64,000 nucleotides of DNA from Amphiscolops sp. MND2022 (GCA_964187785.1 OZ076409.1:84570001-84634000); one strand, 5' to 3'. Shown: positions 40,067-52,714, counted from the first letter of the stretch. A program made the numbers and translations. The notes: generated by a model from the letters alone, not told the origin.

Positions 40067-41898
40067 TGTCGCCGGCTTACCCGTGCGAGATGTCCGGAGT
40101 GCAACATCGATGAAGCAGTCTGCATAATGGTTGTCTACCCGAATATGGACCAGAACTTGATAAACATTTCAAACTCTAAACTTAAACAATGCTTGTTATT
40201 GTTCGTTTGATAAAATGTTGCTTTCGTTTGTACATTTCATCTAAAATGATGATTGTTGAACGTCGTTATTGTTGCTTTTGTTTCACTCATAGGGTGTGTT
40301 GATCAATTGAAAAAAACAACAGGAAAGGTAACGTCAAAGTTATCAAAACAGTGCTAAATCTTTGTTTTATCATCTTAAATGGTAGAAAGGAATTAGATCC
40401 AATGGTCCTATATATCTTTGCTACATTTAATTATTTGTAGTTCAATCATGAGGAAAACAATCAAAAACGGCACGATGATCCACTTAAAAATCAGCATGAT
40501 ACTTTAGTACGTTTATTTGATACTGATTATGCAGCATTATGCAGTTTTCATAAAACAGCATATGCGGTTTTGTTAAAGAAACAGCATAATAATCATGTAC
40601 GCAGTGTAGTTTATGCTTTGTATTGCATTATGCGGAAATTCAGTAGAAACAGCATGATGACTTGAGCTAAAAACAGCATATGCGGAAATTCAGTAGAAAC
40701 AGCATGATGACTTGAGCTGAAAACAGCATATGCGGAAATCTAGCAGAAACAGCATGATGGTTCAGATTGGAAACAGCATATGCGGAAACCCTGTGGAAAC
40801 AGTATGACGTTTCAATATAGGAGCAGCATATGCGGAAATTTGACAGAAACAGTATGACGTTTTAACTTAAAAACAGCATGAAGATTCTTATTTCAGCTGA
40901 TAAAATTATACTGAATTATGAGGTTTTCATGAGACAGCATATACTGTATTATGATGTAAAACAGCATGATTTGAAGGACCTTCAGTGCTATGATGTTGTA
41001 AGTCACAGTGCTATATTTAGACCTTCCAGGAGTCTGACGCAATATTATATTTTTAACATTTGACCCTAGAAACATGACGTTATGATGATTTGCATAAAAT
41101 TGAATGTCATGTAACTAAAAATACCACCCAATAAGATTATTCAAAAGGGACCTACAAAATCAGTTTACCCCACAACTCATTCAACTGAAATCACACGCAA
41201 AACACAGTCACACAAATTTGCTGAACCCTTTCATCACACTCAAACTTTGCAGTTTCTTTCTCCGTAAAAATAACTACAAGTTTCATTTCAACAATATCTT
41301 TGTAATTCAAAGATTTCTTTCGACCAAAACTATTTTCAACATGGGAAATAGAAGAAACAGGCGAACTAGGAGGGCTACATCTCAGTCCTCAGACAGGGAA
41401 GAAAACGCATCAGAAACAAGCTTTGTTCAAGGTAATGCGACTTTAATTAATGTTTCTGGGAATGCTAACGAAGTTTTTGACAGGAACTTAGGTAGTGAAC
41501 TAACAGAACCGTCTCAAGTAAGCAATGAGATAGAAGTTATTTCGCAAAGACTAACAGAACAAAACAACGACAAGATGTCGCAGATTGAAGAACAACTAAA
41601 CAACAAATTTGAAGAGATACTTAAGGAGATTAGAACAAACAAAAACTACATTGTAATAACTGATGAAGAGGATGCCGAGAATAATCAGCCCGGTCCTTCT
41701 AACTCTAAAAATAAGGGTCTCAGAAACAAACACGCATCAAATACAACACTAGACAAAAATAAGAATGGGATGGCCGGTTCTATCCGTCTGAAATGAGCGA
41801 ATTAAGGCAACAGTACACTCCTCTTGGGATTGCTGAAGACATTTTAGACGAAACCGTTATCATAAATGAAAACAGACAGGAAAGAGCCGATCATCACA
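40067..41898 (+). repeat. 5' LTR of element A (1832 bp)
   Basis: TGTCGCCGG...CATCACA; direct repeat of 55054-56899. Confidence 0.97.
40550..40880. repeat. 50-bp-period array in the LTR (AAACAGCATATGCGGAAAT...AAACAGCATGATG)
   Basis: Units start at 40621, 40671, 40721, 40771, 40821; duplicated at about 55550-55880. Confidence 0.9.
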
Positions 41899-41910
41899 TG
41901 GTGACAGGAC
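41899..41910 (+). promoter_or_regulatory. Primer binding site TGGTGACAGGAC
   Basis: TGG (complement of tRNA CCA) abuts the LTR terminal CA and lies within the gag frame; cognate tRNA not identified. Confidence 0.75.
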
Positions 41911-42992
41911 CTACCAAGAACATTCTGAGACAAAGTTCGACTAACTCCAACATCACAAATACACAAGGACCACACGCACAAACTCCTCTCGAGCATCCTG
42001 AGCAAACAGATCCCGTCAGCCAAATTGCCATAGCAATCGAAAATCTTGCACGAAGAAATACAGAACCATCTCTTTTCCACCCAAAGAATACGCTTACTTT
42101 CAACGGGAAATTAGAGAAAAATGATTAGTTCGAGTATTTTGAAGACCTTTTCCACACAACACTCAAAATGCAACCACACCTCACGGAGGACATGAAAATC
42201 AACCATTTCCATGCTCATCTAAGAGGACTAGCATTGAAAACTTTCAAAAACATTCAAAGAACTCCGACAACAACACTTGAAGACATACTAGTATTCTTCA
42301 GGAGGAAATATGTTAAGCCCGAATCCAGCGCCTCAGCAAAACTTTAACAGACTTATGTTCCAACCAGAAAACCAAAAACTACCCGACTTTCTTGAAGACC
42401 TCCAAGAAAGCGCTGAAAAAGCTTTCGGTGAAGCAGCACCACAGATGATTGAGAGCCTGATATATGCAAAAATGCCCCCTCATCTCAAAAAATCAATCAA
42501 CCAGGCTTACCTCGAAAACGGTACCTATGAACAAATAGTGAAACATCTAGAAAGAGAGATGGAGCTCAATGGACTTGAAGCAGATAAGCCCCTAGTGAAA
42601 ACCCAAATGACTGCAGTCAAACAACAAAACAACACACAAAACACTAAAACACCCCCACAAAACACAAAAACAAAAACTAAAGCTCCAAACACAGTACCCA
42701 ACAACACACTCCAAGATAACCAATGCCGATATTGCAAGGATGAAGGCCACATAGCAAAAGAGTGCCCAAAACTTGCAAAACGACAGAAAATGGATCAAGA
42801 CCCAGATGCACCAAGATGTGCCCATTGTAACACCCCTGGTCACGAAGAAACAAACTGTTACTTCGGAGCAAACATGGACAATCGTCCTCCTAAATGGACA
42901 CTCACTGAAACCCAGAAAAAACTAATCGAAGAATATAAAAAATCAAACAAACCAATCAACCTCCGCAACCCTAAACCTTCAACATCGAAGGA

Positions 42993-42999
42993 TTTAAAC
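42993..42999 (+). other. -1 ribosomal frameshift slippery site T TTA AAC (gag to pol)
   Basis: Canonical heptamer just before the gag TAA; the -1 frame is open from here through the protease. Confidence 0.8.
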
Positions 43000-45900
43000 T
43001 AATAAAGCCACGCCTTCAAAACGAAACACCACAAAAACAACTCTCAACTGATGACTGGCAGCATCAGCAGAGCCCAAAACCAATAAAAACCACAGTCTTT
43101 GATCACCACACTAATAAAAACGACTCTCACACTACAGACACCCAAAATACCATTCCAAACACTCCAACGGAAGATCTCTATGACTTACTCAAAGATGCCC
43201 CAGATAATTATCTACTACGACATATATTCGAACCCGAAATTGAACCCGAAATACAAAATCAACAACCCACAATCTCACAACCCCAAGAAACACAAACTGA
43301 CCAATCAAACGTACAATCTACATCGACAACCCAAACTGACGATAACATCACATCAGAATTAACCAAAACCCTCTTCAGTGCGTCTCATGGAAAACAACCC
43401 CTCCTTGATGCTGACGTTTTTAACCACCTCACAACAGATGAAGGTAATAACGTCGCATACCTAAACCTTTCTACAAATCTTACCATCAAAAAGAAGCGTC
43501 ATATGTACTATTTCCCAATGGATTTCGAGAAATTAACTCTGGATGGACTCATTGATACCGGCGCACTCACAAGCGCCATCTCTGAAGAAGACCTTAACAA
43601 AATAAAGCTCCTTTCAAACGAAGCCATAAAAGATACTGGTCCAGCACCCAACTTTCAAATCATGGTAGCCAATGGTCAACTTGAGCGACCTATCGGCACC
43701 GTCTTACTCCAGTTTGAAGTAGCAGACTTCCAATTTCATGAAAACTTCATCGTCATGAAGGTGCTACCCAACCCAATAATCGGCCTGTGTTTCCTACAAA
43801 GACACAACGCTATGTTTGATATACGACAGGGGATTATTACCTTACCCTACTTGTCCATGCAACTACGACCAGATCACACAACAAATACCCAAACAACAAC
43901 ACCTCTTCTAACAGAAACTTCATATACCCTACAACCTGGCGAAACCCTTGCAATCTCCAGAAAAATGCCACACCTGATAGATCACAATGCCACAGGCATT
44001 GTAACTCCGTCTTCACACATGGAAGAACATGAAAATATTTTTATTGCATCTTCCCTGAGTACGGTTAATAACAATGCAGTGGGCTACCAAGTGATCAACT
44101 TTTCGGATATGCCCTACACCATGCCAACGGATACACACATGGCAGATTTCCGAGTCCTCACGCCAGAACAGATTAAACACATCAAACCTGTTGATCCATC
44201 AACCCTCACATTCATGATGCACCAACACATAGAAAACACAGATTTATACCTCAACCAATTGATGAAAACAAATCAATCATCAGACGAACAAGAAACTTAC
44301 TGGTTCCCAACGCCTGAAGAACCTGGGGATCCAGACACATATACTCCAATACAACAACGCATATATGATGATCTACTAGAACTCAAACAACTAGAACAAT
44401 TAAACCCAAACGACAACGATGAATCAAGAAGGAAATTTCTCGGTCACTTCGACTGGACAGACACCACCCTGAGCCCATTCGAAAAACAGCACATAAAAGA
44501 CATTCTGGTACAATATCACGACATCTTCGCTAGACATCGTTTTGATATAGGTACCAATAGAGAATTCAAGGTCAAACTGACTCCGAATGATGACCGACCA
44601 GCCTACAGTCAAAGTCTTCCTACTCCCATCAACCTCAAGGACGACATAACTGTTAACTGGCCCTTCTTCATCGTTATGGAATCCTCACGACCCTACCGTT
44701 CTCTAAATACGCAAGCCCTATTTTTGCCCAGAGAAAACCAAATGGACGTCTTCGACTTTTGGTGGACCTCCGTAAAATTAACAACCTCATCACTCAAGAC
44801 TACGTGAACAACAATCACCCAGTTAGCACGTTGTCAGATGCAGCACAACATATGGCTGGTAAAAAACTTTTTTGCAAACTCGATTGCTCTCAAGCATACC
44901 ATTGTTTGCAAATGGCAGACTACCAGTCCATACAGATGCTAGCCTTTAACTTTGCGAGCCGAACATTTGCATATCGTCGCCTCGCACAAGGACTCAGCCG
45001 ATCCCTGTCTGCTTTCTCATCCTTTATGAGAGAATATTTGGACAAGGCAATCAAAGCTGATCAGTGCGCTCAATATGTTGATGACATCGGCATCGCTGCA
45101 AATGATTCTACCCAACTTTGCATCAACGTCAAAACAGTCTTTGAATGCATACGCAAAGCAGGACTCAAGCTTACGATGGCCAAATGCCATTTCGGAGTCA
45201 AACAAGTTGACTTCTTAGGTCGAACAATTACCCCACAAGGAGTCTCACCCCAAACCGAAAAAGTCAAACAATTCCTTCAAAAACTTAAATTTCCGAAATC
45301 CAAAAAAGCACTCCAAAGAAATATTGGGTTTCTCAACTACTACAGAAATTACATCCCTCGCCTATCAGAAAAACTAACTCCTTTTTTCAAATTGCTCAAA
45401 CAAACATCACAATTTTCCATTCCGGATACAATTCTAGAAGCATTCAAAAATCTCAACCAACAACTGGAACAATCATGCAAACTTGCTCTCAAACAACCGA
45501 TTAAAAATAAACAACTCATATTGATGACCGATGCCAGCTTCACAGCTGCTGGATATGCAATCATGATTGAAGATGACCCCGACCAAAAGCTACAATCTAG
45601 AAGAAAAACCTATGCTCCAATAGCCTTCGGTTCAAAAACTTTTAACACAACCCAATTGAAAATGTCAATATACGCAAGGAGTTTCTAGCAATCTATTTTG
45701 CGTTTTCTGAATTTGGACACTTAATGTGGGGAAGCGTCTTCCCTGTTATCGTCTTCACAGATAACAGATCCGTAACACGCTTTTTCCAAACAAAAATCAT
45801 TCCTCCGGCTCTTTGGAACGCATGCGATTACGTCCTCCAATACAACTTCGTCATTGCACATGTTGCCGGAGCCATGAATACGGCTGCAGACTTCCTATCG

Positions 45901-47984
45901 CGCGCTGAATGGAACCCTACAGAAAAACTTGAAATGAACATCCACAATGATGTCAATACAAAAGCAATAGAAGTTAACATACAGTCCACTGGGGTCGCCG
46001 AAGAGGAACTCCTATATATACTCCCTGGGGAATGCCCCACAGAACAACAATTATGGGAAGAAAAAGAAACAATTCGTCAATCAGCAAAACCGAAACCCAC
46101 AATGAGCCAGAAAATGAAGTGTCTGAACTCCAAACCTTCCACAAGCCCACTGCGGGAACCATCAATTATAGGGAGGGACACTTCAAAGACAATGCAAAAA
46201 TACGTTTAGAACAAAACAATGATGAAGTTCTACGCAATTTGAGAGCCAAAATTGAAGGCGAACCCTTCGACGAAACCCAATTCACACAAGACTACCGATA
46301 CAAACATTATCTACAAAACATCACGAGGATTGAAATCAAGCAAGATGTCCTAACAAGAAGATACTACAATGACACTGGGTTGATATCCCATTACTAAATT
46401 CTTCTACCCAAACAACTCCTAGATGAATTCCTCCATGCCCTTCATGGTCATAACGCAAACCATCCGGGAATAACCAAAATGATTCAAGAAGCACGACAAA
46501 AATACTACTACCCCTGCATCGCCAAATATTTCCGAAACTGGGTAACAAAATGTCAAATGTGCAACCAAAACAAACGGATCAACAATGACTTACTTAAAAC
46601 GGAACTGCTAAACTGCCCTGAATGGGATTTGGGCCCAGAAGACATTCTACAAATGGACATCCTTCCCAATCTCCCACCAAGCGGAGGTTATGACAATATT
46701 ATCACTGCCATAGACGTGTTCTCACGCTATTTGTTTGCCTATCCAGTCACGAGAATCACTGCTCCAGCAGTGGCAAAAATCATTATGGACATTTTGTGTA
46801 AACACACATACCTACCCACAACAATCATTACCGACATGGGATCTCAATTTAATTCTCAGGTTACAAAAGAAGTAGCCGCAGTCCTGAACATAGAACTGAA
46901 ACATGCAACGACAAAACACGCCCAAACAATTGGACTGTTAGAACGTACTCATGCATCAGTCAAAGCACACCTTAAGGCAGCCACTGGAGAATTTAGAAAC
47001 AATTGGCACAAGTTTTTACCATTGGCAGTCTTAAACCAAAACACAAAGTACCATGCAACACTAGGATGTGAACCTACACGGGTCTTCCATGGACGGATTC
47101 CGCACAACATACTGGACTTCAAACTTGGATACAATCCAAATCCTCGCTCCCAACCCCAAACTGAGGTAGCAGAGGAAGTACAAAGAAGGATCGCTTTACT
47201 TCACGATCAGACAAAGAAAAACATCATGCAATCCTACCTTAAATATAAAGCATATTACGACAGGAAAGCAAAGGCATCACCTTTAACGACAGAGGATTAT
47301 TGTTTTATCCTAAATCCAAAGGCCGACACACAAGCAACGAAGATACCTTTTCGTGATTTTCGTTGGGTTGGTCCCTATAAAGTTGAAAAGGTCCTTCCGA
47401 ACAATAATTATATTGTTCGTAGATTGGGCACGAATAAAACCCAACTACTCCACCGCATTCGACTACGAAAATACACTCCACAAGCTCCTCTCGCCGATAA
47501 TTTCGTCAGAGAAACTGACTGGCAGAAAGAGGATACACTTGTCTCTCAAGATGATTTATATGCCCATGCTTGGGAAAGTAATTTTGGCAGCAGTCCATTC
47601 GATATTGACCACGAAGTCTGTGATCAACAGGAAGACACGGTGGAATATGAACCTACTCCTCAACCAAAAACATACCACCCACCCGCCCTCGATAATTCAA
47701 AAATAGTGGGGGGATCCCAGCAGGACAACCTGCTGCGAACGACAAAAAACCTCAAATAACAGAAAAAACTTCTCCAGAAAATGAAAATCATGAGCCCATT
47801 CCGGAAACTTCCAGAAATCCAGAAGTTATTCAAGAAATCCCTACCCGAAATTCCCCAAAAACTCCCGAAATCAACCCCGAAAATGACGCACAAGAAGCTG
47901 AAGAAACTGTTAACACAAGAGGCGAAAAATATAACCTACGCCCAAACCCCAACCCAAACTACTCAGACTCATACAGATATTTAA
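42993..47984 (+). pseudogene. pol: pol of element A (protease, RT, RNase H, integrase); several frameshifts and a stop
   Basis: LIDTGA; KLDCSQAY and YVDD; TDAS and TDN; HPG...CQMC, QMD/TDMGSQF/ERTH and GPY motifs. Lesions near 44655, 45678, 46088, 46395 (TAA) and about 47710. Confidence 0.95.
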
Positions 47985-48237
47985 AACAAACTAGAGACTC
48001 AGAGACTTCAACTATATACGACTGCTCTTTCAGCCCCTTAAATTTTCACTTTTCTTTCCTTTCTTCAAACAAAAACTAAAGCCGAAAGGCTTTATAAAGA
48101 TGAGCAAACTACCCCAGGTACAAATATCCTGGGAGGAGAACAAACGATAAATACACAAACAACAAAACTGCACTAGATAACAAAGCAAAACTACAACAAC
48201 AGTTGAAATGGAATGTTAAACAATTTGAGAAAGAGAT

Positions 48238-51200
48238 CTATTTGTCCCCAGAGCTCTTTTTCTTGACCGCTAATTTCTTTGGTGAACTCGGCCTTACATC
48301 AGGCAGAAATGACACATCGGTAACAACCCGAGACATAGAGACAACAGGTCTGGCAAGATTAGGGGATTTATCAGGGTTCCTGCCTGCTGACCCTGATGGT
48401 CCTGGCCCTACCTGGATTGGAGTAGGAGTTGCAAACTTAGGAGGGGTTCGGACAACGTTTGAGCTAGATGATTTAGGACTAGCTTGCAGAGATACCCATA
48501 ATTTCTCCTCGTCTGTAACCGTACAAGTATAACGGGAATCCAACTGGTTAACAAGCCTTCGCCTCCGTGACGAGCATGAAGAGGTCACATCCCAGACTGA
48601 CAAATGTTCATCTTCAAATAAAACATGTTCTCTCCCAAGCAAGGAAAAGACCGAAGACACAGTCCTGGGGTTTGTGAATGATTCAGAAGCATTTGGAATC
48701 CCCACAAGAGATGACTGAACACAGCGCACTGAAGAGTTAAAATCGTTGACATCTGAAGCAAGTTCTGGGACACTCAGAATGAAATTAGGTGGAGAAACAA
48801 TAACACCAGATGAACTAAGGCAACATAGCTTGAATATAGTAAACAAATTCTCTCGGCAATGAAGTTCATAATAGTTGGCAAGAAACGTAACCCAATCACC
48901 TTTGTAACTGACTTCATGTGATCTGAACTTTTCGACGAAAGAGCGGTATTCACTAAGAATCAAGGGCTTGGTCACAGATGTAATCCACTTCTGCCGAATG
49001 AAGTAGTCACAGAGAATTTCTGACTCATGAGTATAGTCGACTTCCTCGCCATAACGTAGCACTGCTTCGTCAAAGACAGAAAATCCTCTCACAAGTTTGG
49101 ATTTGCATAGCTCATGTTTTAACAAAAGTTCACAAAAGCTCTTGTAGAAGCATAGGACTTGTTCTGCAAAGTGTGTGGGAGTCGGTAAATTGCTCTCTGT
49201 TATCAATCTAGCGAAATCTTTATTCTGCAAAATCTCAGCCGCAGTCTTTAAAGGAAGATCAGGAGACGAAAGGTTGATAGACAGAAAACGGTCCCAATCG
49301 GAAACGTCGCCGAGGAAAGAATCAGGGAGAATGGTCTGTAGTTGGCTATAGACGAATGTAGCAAAAGAACTATAGACACGGAAATTGCTAGGCGAAGAAA
49401 CTCCGGCTACTCCTTTGAAAGCTGATTGATCTAAACATAAAGAATAATAAGCTTGGCACAGACACTGGAGCAACCGACAAAAGGAAGGGACTAACAGTGA
49501 AGCAGGACATTGCGAATTAGATACAATTTGGCAGAGTATGATCTGTCTTTATAGAATGTCTCGTCAAGACTCTTCGGCTGAAAAGAACATCAAGGAATAA
49601 GAGAAGAAAATAATAACTGACAAATCACAAAACCGAGACATACCTCTTTCATGTGATACTTGAAAGCTTTGAGTCGATCAGCCAATCGAAGATGGGACAT
49701 AACTTTATTCCAGTTTTTGCAAAGTTGTTCAAGGATAGCAACGGACTCCTCGTGCGTGTATTTAAGGCTGGAAATGGCCTGAAACAACAATGCGGCGATG
49801 ATATTATGGCAACATATTTAAATGCAGAACGGAATCTGTAATTCCGACGCATTATGCGGTTTTCCGAACACCGCATAAGATGTCAACCAGTATACAGCAT
49901 AGACAATGCAGTTTATGCGGTTTTCAGAAGAAAACAGCATAAGAAGAAACCAGTATGCGGTTTTCAGAAGAAAACAGCATAAGAAGAAACCAGTATGCGG
50001 TTTTCAGAAGAAAACAGCATAAGAAGAAACCAGTATGCGGTTTTCAGAAGAAAACAGCATAAGAAGAAACCAGTATGCGTTTTTCAGAAGAAAACAGCAT
50101 AAGAAGAAACCAGTATGCGGTTTTCAAGAGAAAACAGCATAAAAAGAAACCAGTATGCGGTTTTCAAAAGAAAACAGCATAAGAAGAAACCAGTATGCGG
50201 TTTTCAGAAGAAAACAGCATAAGAAGAAATCAGTATGCGGTTTTCAAAAGAAAACAGCATGAGAGGAAATCAGCATGCGGCTTTCACGTGAAAACAGCAT
50301 AAAAAACAAACTATACCGTCTATACCGTTTTTTGGAGAAGACGGCATAGAAGGATGCATTACAGGACTCGGAAGAAAACAGCATAAGAAGAAATCAGCAC
50401 ACTGTTTTAAAGAGAAAACAGCATAAGAAGAAAATCAGTATGCAACCCGCAAATAAAACAGCAGAAGAAGAAATAATTACGTGATTTCGAAAGAGAACGA
50501 CATATAAGAAAAGATTATGCGGCCTACGAAAAACAATATGCCGTGTATTGAAAGAAACAGCATGACAGAGTACAGATTATCCTGTTAGGCTGTATGATGA
50601 AAATATACAAAGTACAACAAAATTCTGGCATTTTTTATGCTGCCTCATGCGGATTTCATAACACAGCATAGAGACATAATATGCTATAGTATGTAGTACT
50701 CCCTGCAACAGTACGTCAAATAAATCGAGTTGAAACAACTTATTACACAAATCTAGTATGGAAATTTAGAAATGAGGCATTAAAGGAATAATGAGAATAC
50801 TTACTTTACGTAGTTCAGGAAGATCATTGAGCCATTCAGATCCGGTGGCAGTTCGCAATTTCATCAGCAGAAATTGTAACACACTGTGGTAGTCGTAACG
50901 ATCCAAAATTTTAACTGTGGGACCTGCAAGGGCCTTGTCCAAATCCTCGAAAGAGAAAGTAGGAACGATGCACACAGCTGAGGCCTGAACCAATTCTGTG
51001 ACGAGAGATTTCGAAGTACGACCATCAAAGCCCGAAAGGGAATGGAGTGGGGGTATTGCAGGGAAGACTGCGAGGAAAGAACAAACAACTTGGAGGATCC
51101 ATTTAGGGGTGAAGAGAACGTTTGGGACCTCAGCTAGAAGAAGTTGATTGAGTACGTTCCCGGACCAGAAAATCAGGAACACTTGCATGTTGTCAAAAGT

Positions 51201-52714
51201 TGAATTGACTTTGAGAGAGAATTGGCCCGATTGCCCAATAGATGTAGTGGAATAGGACAACAGAGTTCGGAACATGTGGACAAGGATACCCTGAAATGTA
51301 AAAGAAACATCTGAATTGAGGTACACCAAAATATTGAATATCAAAAGAATAATACATACGAAAATGCGTCTGTTTCTCCAATCGTACTGTGGAACCTTAG
51401 TCGGCCCACGAACTTCCAAACTAAGATTCGCCCAAAGTGAAGACAAAATATCTGCGTTTCCTCCGTTTTGAAGACCAATGAGCAGAATCCGAACTTGGGA
51501 ACAAATTACTGCACAAGGTTCCAGATCGTCAGTAGCAACTGGGAGTCTTCTTTGCCCTGGCAATAGGTAACACTCCCCGAGGACAGGTGTGATAGGAATG
51601 GCGAGCTCAGTTCTTTCACGTGCTTTGTCTAGATCTTGTCCACTAAGTTCTACTTCATCGCGACCATAGAGCGGTAACCCAGGTATCTCCATTCGGATAC
51701 GATGTTCCCGGAGTAAGTGCGTATCTGTTCTGTAATGTGACAGTATCTCAGGCGACCCCTTCGTCTTAAGGGACAGCTCAATCTGGCAGACTCTACAACG
51801 CCACTTGTGTGGGTTGTTTTCAGCATCAATAGGAGCAGTAACGAAAAACTTGAAAATCGGATGTTTTCTGTACATACTTCCTGTTAATTGCAATCGCGGC
51901 CTGGGCCTTTTCGAAGCAGAGGGATGTTCCCCCTGAGGATCCCGATGTTGGCTGCCCTCTCTAATCTGAGATGATTTTCGACCCCGACGGGTGTTGCGGG
52001 AAGTGAGTGAAGGGATTTCTTCAATGGTACTCACAGGAGAAGCAACGAGTGACGAGTCAATTTGTGTTCCGCTAGTCTCAATTTGTAACACAGTTGCAGT
52101 TGTTCTCACAGGAGAAATGGCCAATTGCTCCAATAATCTGGAGCTGATGGCGGTTGAGACTTCAGACACCAATACTTGCATACGTTGTTCCAGCGCTTGC
52201 AAGTCAGAACTAGTAGCAAAAGTAGGAGTACCTGACGGCTGAGAAGTGGTTACTATGACAGGTTCTGCGGTAACATGGGCCGCATTCACTTCAGTATTAG
52301 GCAAAGTAGTCCTGTTCAGGAAACTAGAAAAGGGCGAGTTGCATATCTTATCGGAAGGAGATCCAGTGACGTTGATATCTCCTGACGTATCGTTTGCATC
52401 AGAATTCCTGGCTTGAGCAGGACTTGTCCCGAGCAGATTCTCAGACACGTCCTTGTTTGGCGAAGTGGGCGCGCTACGTTGCGCAAGACAACTGATCGCA
52501 GTCTCAGTCACGGGATTACTATATTCCTCAGGGTACATGCTTTTATCTATGGAGTGCCTTATACCGTCAGCATCAACAGACGTACCTGGCACTTCCTGGT
52601 AACTAAGCTGGTGATCGGGAGTTGAATGGTGAGGTGGATCACCGAATGGGAGCAATAAAGCCAGATTATCGGCGGAGATTAGAGTCGGTGCAAGTGAGCC
52701 GGAACTATGGGCTG
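48238..52714 (-). CDS. Spliced antisense gene of element A, about 1024 aa from the first in-frame ATG (52538); BED-like zinc finger; no disabling lesion seen
   Basis: Exons (52714 or 52538)-51360, 51290-50805, 49778-49644, 49577-49496, 49430-48238. Introns of 69, 1026, 66, 65 nt have GTATGT/GTAAGT/GTATGT/GTTAGT donors and TTTCAG/TTTAG acceptors; phases 0,0,0,1 join in frame. Motif CRVC-x16-H-x5-H. 5' end uncertain (acceptor-like TTTCAG ending at 52715). Confidence 0.85.
49915..50300. repeat. 40-bp tandem array inside the 1026-nt intron of the antisense gene
   Basis: AAAACAGCATAAGAAGAAACCAGTATGCGGTTTTCAGAAG at 49931, 49971, 50011 ... 50251 (about 9.5 units), decaying to about 50570. Confidence 0.97.

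Larger units (their letters stand above)
41341..43002 (+). pseudogene. gag: gag of element A, starting inside the 5' LTR; disrupted
   Basis: ATG 41341; two CCHC knuckles (CRYCKDEGHIAKEC, CAHCNTPGHEETNC); 1-nt deletion near 41767 relative to the 3' LTR, TAG at 42126-42128, frameshift near 42340. Confidence 0.9.

Noticed and set aside
49915..50300. 40-bp repeats as a CRISPR array
   Set aside because: Head-to-tail units with no unique spacers, no cas genes, eukaryotic context.
51291..51359. Apparent transmembrane segment (VCIILLIFNILVYL) suggesting the 661-aa ORF is an env protein
   Set aside because: It is a 69-nt in-frame GT-AG intron at the same position as an intron in element B; the spliced protein has no TM segment and is antisense.
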